A stretch of 31,078 bases of DNA from Candidatus Iainarchaeum sp. (lineage in GTDB: Archaea > Iainarchaeota > Iainarchaeia > Iainarchaeales > GCA-2688035). Below, in pieces: positions 22,421 through 29,991 of the stretch. Position 1 is the stretch's first letter. The number at the start of each line of letters is the position of its first letter. The stretch is from positions 1 through 31,078 of the forward strand of contig JAQTNI010000011.1 in assembly GCA_028713935.1 (NCBI GenBank), read 5' to 3'. The notes under the pieces were generated by a model. It was not told the origin of the DNA. It did not search any database and saw only the letters and a program-made list of their open reading frames with translations. Both the position numbers and the translations under genes were made by a program.

Positions 22421-23926
22421 TTAAATTCTCGCGTGTTTGGCGAGGTTTTTTATTGCCAAGAAGCAGTTTATTGCGGGGTAGGCTGCAAAGAAAAGGAAAA
22501 TTATTGCAGTTGTAATCTGCCTGCTGTAAAGGATTGGAACTCCGAAGCGCGGCAGTTCCTGGTATAGCAGGACAGCGACCCATGCAAAGCACAAAATTAC
22601 AAATAGGTTTAATGCAAGTTTTTTCAGCTGTTTTATTGAAAAAGAGTCATGCGGCCTGAGTTTTGATTCCTTCTGGCTTTCAGGGTGGGGCAGCATTGAA
22701 AATATTTTTTCATGAAAAGCCCTTAGGCTATACAGGGGCTGGAATATTACTACTGTCACTAAAATCACTAAAAAAGCAATTGGCGCCAGCAGTGTTGCTT
22801 CTGTTCCTGAAAAAATTTTTGCTGCAATTGCGGTGTTTGCTATTATTACTACAAATTCTCCAAGCGGCACAAGCAGTATTGCCGCAAGCGTTGAATCTTT
22901 CCTGTTTAACCCGAAGAAACCCCCAAACAGGTGTGTTGAAACGGAATGCGCTATCAAAGCGCTTATTGCAAGCAGTATGCATAGCCCTCCCAAAAACACA
23001 AGGCTTTCAAAAGCAGGGAGCATTAATTGCCCGGCTTCAATGCTGTAAAAAAGCGTTGTGCCAAAGGCAACAAAAAAGAAAACAAGGAAAAAATCCCTTA
23101 CAAATTCGACATCCTTTTTTGTCCTGTGCCCTGAATCTGTTTCTGCCAGTGCAAATCCCGCAAAGTATGCGCCTAATGCAGTTGACAATCCAAGGATGCT
23201 TGCAAGAGTTGCAACAACCAGGCCAATGCCAAGCGCATAAAGCGTTACTTCTGTATGGCCAAAATTGTTTTCTTTCAGCCATTTTTCAACCAGCTTTGAA
23301 AGGTGTGAAACTGCAAAAAAAGCTGCCACTGCAAATACAAGCGCTGCAAGCCCTAAGGCAAGCGGAGAAACACTGGATTCCGAAGAAGTGCTTGTGATGA
23401 AAACAAGCAATATTATTCCCAAAAAATCCTGCAGTATAAGGATTGCTATTGCAAGCTTTGCGGCATGGCTCTGCATTAATCCCCTGTCAAGGCAGAATTT
23501 TGCAACCACTGCTGTACTTGTGGAAAAAAGCATCATTCCCACTATGATTGAAAAAACCAGGCCAAAGCCGAATATCTCCATTATCAAAAAACCCAGCCCC
23601 ACTGAAAGTGTCATGTCAATCAGTGCAAGGCCGATTGCGCTTGAGCCTGCTTCCAGAAAGTCTTTCAGTGACATTTCCAGGCCCAAATAAAAAAGCAGTA
23701 TGAACAATCCAAGTTCGCTAAAACCGATTACAAGCGGGTCGCTTGGATGCAAAAAATTCAGCCAGAAAGGCCCCAACAAAAAGCCGGCAAGAATATATCC
23801 AAGCACAGGGTTTTGCCCTATTTTTTTGAAAAAAATGCTGAATACTATTGCAATGATAATAATTATTCCAACTGTTGTCAGGGGCAGGATTTCCATATTA
23901 ACCATTAAATTAATTGCTTTATCCAA
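22421..23926 (-). CDS. Monovalent cation:proton antiporter (CPA2/Kef-NapA-like)
   Basis: 501 aa with about 12-13 TM helices. The N-terminal signature is IGQNPVLGYILAGFLLGP. Confidence 0.8.
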   Translation of the reverse strand: MDKAINLMVNMEILPLTTVGIIIIIAIVFSIFFKKIGQNPVLGYILAGFLLGPFWLNFLHPSDPLVIGFSELGLFILLFYLGLEMSLKDFLEAGSSAIGLALIDMTLSVGLGFLIMEIFGFGLVFSIIVGMMLFSTSTAVVAKFCLDRGLMQSHAAKLAIAILILQDFLGIILLVFITSTSSESSVSPLALGLAALVFAVAAFFAVSHLSKLVEKWLKENNFGHTEVTLYALGIGLVVATLASILGLSTALGAYFAGFALAETDSGHRTKKDVEFVRDFFLVFFFVAFGTTLFYSIEAGQLMLPAFESLVFLGGLCILLAISALIAHSVSTHLFGGFFGLNRKDSTLAAILLVPLGEFVVIIANTAIAAKIFSGTEATLLAPIAFLVILVTVVIFQPLYSLRAFHEKIFSMLPHPESQKESKLRPHDSFSIKQLKKLALNLFVILCFAWVAVLLYQELPRFGVPILYSRQITTAIIFLFFAAYPAINCFLAIKNLAKHARI

Positions 23927-23946
23927 TAAAAAGCTTTTCCAAAGCG

Positions 23947-24525
23947 TTATTCTTCAAAAAAATCTTCGCCCAATATTTTCAAAAGATGCTGCCTTGCGCT
24001 GCCAATTCTTGACTTGACAGTTCCTTCTGGAATTCCAAGCAGGCTTGCGATTTCCTTGTAAGGCAATTGCGCCTGCGCCAAAGCCAATATCCCTTGGTCT
24101 TTTATTGATAATTTTTGCATGGCCTTTTTGGCGAGTTCCAGATTTTCTTTGCGCAATAATTGCGCTTCCGAGGATTCTTTGCGGCTGCCCCTGCGCAGGT
24201 CAATTCCCAGGTATTGAAAAAAAGCCTCTGGCAATTGATTTGCAGGCCTTATTCTTTTGCTTCGAAGCATGTCGTGGCAAACATTTTGTGCGATGGTTCC
24301 AATTAAGCTTGGGATATTTCTGCCTGGGTCGAGCTTGGCTCGGTTCCTCTGCAATCTCAAAAACACTTCCTGAAGCGCATCCTGCTGGTCTGCAGGATTG
24401 AGAAAATGAGTGCGGGCTATGCGCAGTACAAGCCCGTTGTATTGATTGAAAAGTTTCTTCAGAGGCGGGCGCCTCTGCTTTTGCGCAATTATTGGCTTTG
24501 CGCGGGGTTTGGCATTTCCAGGCAT
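23947..24525 (-). CDS. ECF-type sigma-70 family protein homologue
   Basis: The region 2-like segment is DQQDALQEVFLRLQRN...LIGTIAQNVCHDMLRSKR. The region 4.2-like HTH is LSIKDQGILALAQAQLPYKEIASLLGIPEGTVKSRIGSARQHLLKIL. Confidence 0.8.
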   Translation of the reverse strand: MPGNAKPRAKPIIAQKQRRPPLKKLFNQYNGLVLRIARTHFLNPADQQDALQEVFLRLQRNRAKLDPGRNIPSLIGTIAQNVCHDMLRSKRIRPANQLPEAFFQYLGIDLRRGSRKESSEAQLLRKENLELAKKAMQKLSIKDQGILALAQAQLPYKEIASLLGIPEGTVKSRIGSARQHLLKILGEDFFEE

Positions 24526-24547
24526 AGTAATTCTTTTGCCAAAAACT

Positions 24548-24555
24548 CTTTATAT
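24548..24555 (-). promoter_or_regulatory. TATA-like box upstream of the sigma-factor homologue
   Basis: The minus strand reads ATATAAAG, centred about 26 nt upstream of ATG 24525. There is no Shine-Dalgarno sequence between them. Confidence 0.4.
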
Positions 24556-24568
24556 GCTTTTCTTTTTT

Positions 24569-25690
24569 TTAAAAAAATTCTTTTATTTTTGCCTGTTTTT
24601 CTTTTTCCAATTGGATAAATGGCAGCGCCCTTCCTGCAATTCCGGCCTGCTTCAATTCTTCTGTTTCCCTGAATTTTTTTTCTTCCCTCAGCAGAATGAT
24701 TTTTTCACTTGTTTTCGGGCCAATTCCAGGCACGCGCAGCAATTCCTCCCTGCGCGCAGTGTTAATATCAAGGGGAAATTTGTCAGGGTTATTCATTGCA
24801 ATGTCCAGTTTCAAATCGTGATTAAGGGAAAAATTCCCGGTTTCCCCAGTGGCTGATTCAATTTCTTTTTTTTTGAAATCATAAACGCGAAGAAGCCAGT
24901 CTGCCTGGTAAAGCATGTGCTCCCTGTTTTTGCTTTCGGCTTTGTGCGATTCAAATTTTGTTCCCTTTACAGGCGAGAAAGCGGAAAAATAAGCCCTGTG
25001 CAGGGAAGTGTTTTCATAAAGCCAGTCCATTCTTTGCAGGACCTGGCTGTCTGTTTCCCCAAGAGCGCCGACAACAATTTGTGTTGTAAAGCCGCTTGGC
25101 AGCAGGCCTTTTTTGTTTGCTTCATCAATCCAGAAAAGCCGCTTAATCAAATCGTTCTGGTAATTTTTTGTGCTTGACATTTCAGAAAACAATGACGCAT
25201 CAACTGCCTCAAGGTTCAGGGAAATTCTGTTTGCATATTCCGCAGTTTCAAAAATTTTTTCTTTTGAAGAGCCAGGCAGCACCTTTAAATGCAGGTATCC
25301 TTTGAACCCGAATTTTTTTCTTATGATTTTTGCGGATTCAATTATTTTTTCAGTTGACCTGTCAGCATCAGCTGTCACTGCAGAGCTCAAAAACAGGCCC
25401 TGGACAATTCCTTTTTTTTCAAGGAAATTAAAGCTTTGCGCAAGCTCAATCGGCTCAAGCTCTTCCTTGCGCGATTTGCAGGTGTTTGCGCAATAATTGC
25501 AGTCGTGAATGCAGGAATTTGACTGGAGCACTTTCATGAGGCGGCAGTTTTCGCTTGTGTTGGAGCAGTCATAAACAATGTTTTCCAGTTCAGCAGGGAT
25601 ATGCACTTTCCTCAGGCTTTTTTGCCTTACTCCCCCGCAGGAATCCCATGAAGCGGAATTTCCCAGGACCCGTAATTTTTCAAGAAGCAT
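24569..25690 (-). CDS. Radical SAM protein of the putative DNA modification/repair type, with C-terminal helix-hairpin-helix
   Basis: The N-terminus reads LRVLGNSASWDSCGG. The radical SAM cluster is CIHDCNYC (Cx3Cx2C). The C-terminal HhH is ELLRVPGIGPKTSEKIILLRE. Confidence 0.75.
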   Translation of the reverse strand: MLLEKLRVLGNSASWDSCGGVRQKSLRKVHIPAELENIVYDCSNTSENCRLMKVLQSNSCIHDCNYCANTCKSRKEELEPIELAQSFNFLEKKGIVQGLFLSSAVTADADRSTEKIIESAKIIRKKFGFKGYLHLKVLPGSSKEKIFETAEYANRISLNLEAVDASLFSEMSSTKNYQNDLIKRLFWIDEANKKGLLPSGFTTQIVVGALGETDSQVLQRMDWLYENTSLHRAYFSAFSPVKGTKFESHKAESKNREHMLYQADWLLRVYDFKKKEIESATGETGNFSLNHDLKLDIAMNNPDKFPLDINTARREELLRVPGIGPKTSEKIILLREEKKFRETEELKQAGIAGRALPFIQLEKEKQAKIKEFF

Positions 25691-25745
25691 GCAAAGAATG
25701 CGGGTTTAAATAAAAAAAGGCTTTTGGAAGCAGGTTTCCCCTATT

Positions 25746-25853
25746 CTGCCCTTCTTTTCTTTTGGAAAGAAAAGAAGTGCAAGGTCCTGAATCTTTGATA
25801 AACAGAAAAGGAAATTGCCAAAAAGAAAGAATCTTAAACTTTTGATAAACAAG
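25746..25853. repeat. Intergenic repeat element, copy B
   Basis: Sequence: ctgccCTTCTTTTCTTTtggAAAGAAAAGAAGtgcaag...(46-nt insert containing a second ctttgataaaca)...ttgccaaaaagaaagaatcttaaacttttgataaacaag. The tail aaacttttgataaacaag is identical to copy A. Confidence 0.7.
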
Positions 25854-25868
25854 GAATTCAGAAGAGGT

Positions 25869-26648
25869 TTATGCGCCTTCAATCGGGTTTTCTTCTTTTT
25901 TGGCTTTGTTTTTGCCTGCCTTTCTGGATTTTTTTCCAGGTTCTTTGTTTTCTTCTGCAAGCGCTTCCGCAATTTTTTCAGGGCTTTCGCTTTCCGCCTT
26001 GTTTTCCTCTGGTTCTTTTCTCCAGCGAAGCGCAAGCACAATTGCGGCAATAAGAATCACAATTCCAATTCCCGCAATTATAAATGTGGTATTGTCAGGG
26101 ATGTTTAATCCGCCATTTCCACTGCCTGTGTTCTGGTCTGTGCCTGCTGGAAAATTTTGGTCAGGAAAATTTATGTTTTCATCAGGATAAGCTTCAAGGT
26201 TCTGGTCTGGGCAGGGAAGGCCTTTTGTGGCATGCTTTAATACCTGCGATTCAATCCACTTGTCAATCATTGCAAAGTCCCCAATCCTGTACTCTTTGCC
26301 TATAAACAGCACAGGGGTCTTGTCCCATACTGGGATGTAATTGCCCTGTGAATCCACAACATATTTTGGCACTAAATAATCTGGTTTTATGTAAAGCTCG
26401 TGCAGCAATTCTGTAGCGCCAGGGCTGTTAATGTCAAAATTGTTTACATCAAAATTGGAATATTTTGCCTGCACGGATTTTAAAGCAGCATCAACGTTTA
26501 CACAGTGCGGGCAGTCCTGTGTGTAAAAAAAATAAGCGCAGACATTGTTTGTATCCCGCGCATTGCTGTCCGCAGCAAAAACAGGCGCCGTTAAAACAGC
26601 AATTAAAAAAAATGCCAGCACTGCAAAAATTTTTTTCAATATAACCAC
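25869..26648 (-). CDS. Secreted thioredoxin/glutaredoxin-fold protein (CPHC) with C-terminal TM anchor and Lys/Glu-rich tail
   Basis: The signal peptide is FAVLAFFLIAVLTAPVFA. The active site is DCPHC and the cis-Pro segment is KTPVLFIG. The C-terminal TM helix is FIIAGIGIVILIAAIVLAL. A ~50-aa charged tail follows. The start is GTG. Confidence 0.75.
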   Translation of the reverse strand: MVILKKIFAVLAFFLIAVLTAPVFAADSNARDTNNVCAYFFYTQDCPHCVNVDAALKSVQAKYSNFDVNNFDINSPGATELLHELYIKPDYLVPKYVVDSQGNYIPVWDKTPVLFIGKEYRIGDFAMIDKWIESQVLKHATKGLPCPDQNLEAYPDENINFPDQNFPAGTDQNTGSGNGGLNIPDNTTFIIAGIGIVILIAAIVLALRWRKEPEENKAESESPEKIAEALAEENKEPGKKSRKAGKNKAKKEENPIEGA

Positions 26649-26670
26649 TTACTAATTGGCTTTTGCTAAA

Positions 26671-26684
26671 TTTTTTAAGTATAT
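26671..26684 (-). promoter_or_regulatory. TATA-like box upstream of the CPHC protein gene
   Basis: The minus strand reads ATATACTTAAAAAA, centred about 29 nt upstream of GTG 26648. Confidence 0.35.
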
Positions 26685-26703
26685 CAGTTTGCATAGTTTT
26701 TGG

Positions 26704-27438
26704 CTATTCAAACCCAACCTTCATTATGTATAAGAAAACAACCCCTATTATAAAAAATGCAAATGAAAAAATTACTTTTTTTGTTTCTGTTTCCTTGTGC
26801 AGTTCCGGAATCAAATCGCTTGCGGCAATGTAAATAAATCCGCCTGCAGCGAATGGCAGCAGGTAATTCGAAAAGCCTGTCTGCGCTGCAAGCAGGAAGC
26901 CAACAAGGCCGCCAGCTACGCAGGTTGCCTGTGACAAAAAGCTGAAAGCCAGTGCTTTTACCCTGCTGAATCCGCCGTATATAAGGACTCCAAAGTTTCC
27001 AAGCTCCTGGGGCACTTCGTGGGCAATTATTGCCATTGTGGTTATTGTCCCGAATTCAATTCCTACAAGAAAACTTGCCGCAATTACCAGGCCATCAATA
27101 AAATTGTGTATGCCGTCTCCAAGCAGGATAAGGTATGTCAATGGGTGTGTTTCACATTTTCCTTCGTGGCAATGGTGCCAGTGCAGCACTCTTTCAATCA
27201 GGAAAAAAAGTATAAACCCAAAGAAGAGGCTTGCAAATGCAATTGTTGTCCCCAAAGGTTCTATTGATTCCGCTAGCAAATGGAAAAAAGCCCCACTCAG
27301 CAAAGCCCCGGCTGAAAAGCCAACCAGGGCAAAAAGAATTTTTTCAAGATTTTTTTTGCTTAGCCAGAGGGAAAATATTCCGGCAAGGCCAACCAAGCTG
27401 TCAATTATTGTTGCAAGGATAATCCATTCCAGAACCAT
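26704..27438 (-). CDS. zupT: ZIP-family divalent metal transporter (ZupT-like)
   Basis: HNFIDGLVIAASF and IIAHEVPQELGNFGVL are ZIP signature helices. There is a His/Cys-rich loop, HWHHCHEGKCETH. Confidence 0.9.
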   Translation of the reverse strand: MVLEWIILATIIDSLVGLAGIFSLWLSKKNLEKILFALVGFSAGALLSGAFFHLLAESIEPLGTTIAFASLFFGFILFFLIERVLHWHHCHEGKCETHPLTYLILLGDGIHNFIDGLVIAASFLVGIEFGTITTMAIIAHEVPQELGNFGVLIYGGFSRVKALAFSFLSQATCVAGGLVGFLLAAQTGFSNYLLPFAAGGFIYIAASDLIPELHKETETKKVIFSFAFFIIGVVFLYIMKVGFE

Positions 27439-27528
27439 AAAACAAGCCTTTTATTTTTGAATGCCTTATTTTTATATATTAATTTTTTTTCAAATCTATT
27501 TTAAACAGGTGTTTTTTGTTTTTACGAG

Positions 27529-27622
27529 AGAATCAAACCGCTCATTGTCCGACCGAAATAGTTTCTGTCATTTCTGCTGAAAAAGCATTAGGTATAAAGT
27601 GCTATAAAGCGGTTTTGATTCT
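27529..27622. repeat. Long-range inverted repeat (14 bp with one bulge) enclosing 65 nt, immediately downstream of the aminomutase gene
   Basis: agaatcaaaccgct (27529-27542) pairs with agcggttttgattct (27608-27622). It lies at the left edge of the compositionally distinct segment. Confidence 0.5.
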
Positions 27623-27627
27623 GTTCT

Positions 27628-28896
27628 TCAGACGTCTTTGAATGTAAAAAGTTCGCCTTTATAGTTCCGTAGTGTGTACATTTTTTTGCCATCCGTATCG
27701 GTTCGAATGTTTTCGATGTAGTTTGGGCTTAACGGTATTTTTCCGCCACCACCTTCAATGTCTTTGATAAATTGTGGAACAGCGTGCCCTGAGGTCCAGG
27801 CATTTAATTTTTCCATTATTTCCAAACCAGTTTCCAACGTAGTTCTTAAGTGGTAGTTTCCTTTCGCTTTGTCACAAAGAAAGATGTAGTACGGTTTGAT
27901 GCCGACCATTAATAGCTTGTGATTGAGTTTTCTAACGATTTCTACATTGTCATTGACTTTTCGTAAGAGAACCATTTGGTTTCCCAATAGAGCCCCAGCA
28001 TCCAATAGTTTTTCGCATGCTTCCAATGTGTCCAGCGTGACTTCTGCGGGGTGGTTAAAGTGGGTATTGATGTATACCGGAGCATATTTACTGAGTATTT
28101 TTGTTAATGAGTCTGTAATCCTGTAGGGAAGTGTTACCAGGTTTCGGGTACCGATTCGGATCATTTCGACATGGTCGATTTTGGCTAGTGTGCTTAGGAT
28201 TTCGTATATTTTTTCATCGTCAAAAGAAAAAAAGTCTCCTCCGGATAGAATAACATCTCGGATTTGGGGGTGTTCTTTGATGTATTGGATGGCGAGGTCG
28301 AAATCATTTTTGCTTTGCGCGCTGCTGGGGTCGGATACTTTATATTTTCTAAAGCAATGGCGGCAATAAAGTGCGCAGTGAAATGTTGTGTAAAACAAAA
28401 CGCGGTCTGGGTATTTGTGTGTAAGAGCGTTTACTCTTGCTCCAAGTGGAATTCGTTCGATTGTTTTTTGGTCTATTTTTTCTCCGGTAACGTTGATGCC
28501 GTTTTTTTTCACCCAACCGGGAACCAAGAATTTTCCATCCGCCAATACGGGGGTAAATAGTTCGTCCTTTAATGGGTCATCGGATTCTTCTTCGTGTTTT
28601 TCCAATTCTTCGGGTTGCGGAATAGCCTGCAACCCCAGCGGGTCGCGCGCATCTTTAATCAAACCAGCATAATACGGCGTGATGCTGACGTTGAATGTTT
28701 CCTTGGACTTTCGAATGGCATCCGTTTCTTTTTTTCCAAGCCCATACAATTCGGCTATTCCTTTAGGAGTGTCCACGCGATTTTGTAATTGCCATTTCCA
28801 AGAAGTCCACTGTTCGTTCGGAACATCTTTCCACTTTGCATGGCGTGGCGCATGCTCAAATCGTTTTCGAATGCTCTCTCGAATCATCATTTCCAA
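27628..28896 (-). CDS. kamA: Lysine 2,3-aminomutase-like (KamA-family) radical SAM / PLP enzyme
   Basis: WKWQLQNR; ITPYY; LTHKYPDRVLF; radical SAM CALYCRHC; VILSGGD; NTHFNHP; LGNQMVLLR; PYYIFLCD; GGGGK (PLP lysine). Confidence 0.9.
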   Translation of the reverse strand: MEMMIRESIRKRFEHAPRHAKWKDVPNEQWTSWKWQLQNRVDTPKGIAELYGLGKKETDAIRKSKETFNVSITPYYAGLIKDARDPLGLQAIPQPEELEKHEEESDDPLKDELFTPVLADGKFLVPGWVKKNGINVTGEKIDQKTIERIPLGARVNALTHKYPDRVLFYTTFHCALYCRHCFRKYKVSDPSSAQSKNDFDLAIQYIKEHPQIRDVILSGGDFFSFDDEKIYEILSTLAKIDHVEMIRIGTRNLVTLPYRITDSLTKILSKYAPVYINTHFNHPAEVTLDTLEACEKLLDAGALLGNQMVLLRKVNDNVEIVRKLNHKLLMVGIKPYYIFLCDKAKGNYHLRTTLETGLEIMEKLNAWTSGHAVPQFIKDIEGGGGKIPLSPNYIENIRTDTDGKKMYTLRNYKGELFTFKDV

Positions 28897-28911
28897 CCGC
28901 CCTTCTTCTGG

Positions 28912-29001
28912 TCAGGCGAAGGTACTGTTCGGGTTAAAGTCGTCATTCCAACCACCGGTAAAGCCGAAGTAAGAAGGGTAGTCAAACAGGAGGGCTGTCA
29001 T
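28912..29001 (-). CDS. Possible 29-aa aromatic-rich small ORF upstream of kamA (speculative)
   Basis: My translation is MTALLFDYPSYFGFTGGWNDDFNPNSTFA*. Its stop lies 15 nt before the annotated kamA start at 28896. No clear Shine-Dalgarno sequence is present, and TATTATAC lies upstream. Confidence 0.2.
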   Translation of the reverse strand: MTALLFDYPSYFGFTGGWNDDFNPNSTFA

Positions 29002-29062
29002 AAGAAGTATGCTCTCATGGGCAGTATAATATTTTGCCTTCAAAAATTATTAAAGCAAAAAC

Positions 29063-29070
29063 TTTAAATA
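29063..29070 (+). promoter_or_regulatory. TATA-like box upstream of the wHTH-domain gene
   Basis: TTTAAATA is centred about 26 nt upstream of ATG 29093. Confidence 0.35.
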
Positions 29071-29092
29071 TTTTATTAAAGTTTATTCTTTA

Positions 29093-29950
29093 ATGATAAA
29101 CGATATTGCGGTATTGTGGGGAAAGAAAAACAGCACCAAAGACCTGATATTCAAAATCCTAATCAGCGACCACCCGCTCAAACTGATCGAACTAACCAAC
29201 TTCATCCAAAGGCGCTATGGAAAATCTGTCACATTCCAGGCGGTCAGGCAGGCGGTATTAGAGTTGGAGGAAGATGGCATTTTGACAAGGAAAAAAAACC
29301 AGTTCCAAATCAGTCATTCGTGGTTATTGGAAGCCCAAAAAACACTTGCGTTAGTTCAGGATGAAATCATGGCAACCGTCAAAAAGCCAAAAAGTGCAGA
29401 ATCTATCAAAGGGGAATTTTCCTCTTTTACGTTCGAAACCCTAAACGATATGATGAAGTTCTGGCAGCAACTCATCAACCATTGGTTTGCCGAATTTAAA
29501 GCAGGCGACTACCCGTACAATTGCTGGCAAGGACAGCATATCTGGGAAGCATTGGTACACTTGGACACAGAAAAAAAGATCATGGAACAGCTTAAACAAA
29601 AAAAAATCAAATCTTACGCCGTTATTTTTGGAAACACGCCATTGGACAAATATGTAAAGCGGTTTTACGAGTCCATCGGTCTGAAAGTAAAGATTATCCC
29701 TCCACAAACAAAATCCGACAACACCTATCACGTGGGAACCTATGGTGACCTAATCATCCAGGCCAAGTATCCCAAAAACCTTGTGCAAAAAATTGATTCC
29801 TTTTTCAAAAAAACGAAGTCTTTTGTGGACATGGATATCAAATCACTTCATGATGTCATCAGCACCAAGACAGAAATCAAACTAACAGTAATAAAAAACC
29901 AGGATATGGCAAAGCAAATAAACAAAATGATAATAGTGCAATGGACGTAG
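29093..29950 (+). CDS. Winged-helix-domain protein with uncharacterised C-terminal domain
   Basis: 285 aa. The N-terminal wHTH-like segment is KDLIFKILISDHPLKLIELTNFIQRRYGKSVTFQAVRQAVLELEEDGILTRKKNQFQIS. The ~190-aa C-terminal part has no motif I recognise. Confidence 0.65.
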   Translation: MINDIAVLWGKKNSTKDLIFKILISDHPLKLIELTNFIQRRYGKSVTFQAVRQAVLELEEDGILTRKKNQFQISHSWLLEAQKTLALVQDEIMATVKKPKSAESIKGEFSSFTFETLNDMMKFWQQLINHWFAEFKAGDYPYNCWQGQHIWEALVHLDTEKKIMEQLKQKKIKSYAVIFGNTPLDKYVKRFYESIGLKVKIIPPQTKSDNTYHVGTYGDLIIQAKYPKNLVQKIDSFFKKTKSFVDMDIKSLHDVISTKTEIKLTVIKNQDMAKQINKMIIVQWT

Positions 29951-29991
29951 TGGAGCGATTATCTCTGACGACAGCCATTGCAAAGTGTGCC

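Noticed and set aside
22421-23926. Could the gene after the ECF sigma homologue be its anti-sigma factor?
   Set aside because: It is a 501-aa polytopic CPA2-type antiporter (PVLGYILAGFLLGP) with no N-terminal zinc-binding anti-sigma domain or single-pass architecture.
25706-26050. A 114-aa Lys/Arg-rich ORF on the minus strand lies between the radical SAM and thioredoxin-fold genes.
   Set aside because: Its 3' half is the non-coding repeat element copy B. Its 5' half overlaps the charged tail of the 259-aa CPHC protein in another frame of the same strand. It looks like a purine-rich low-complexity artefact.
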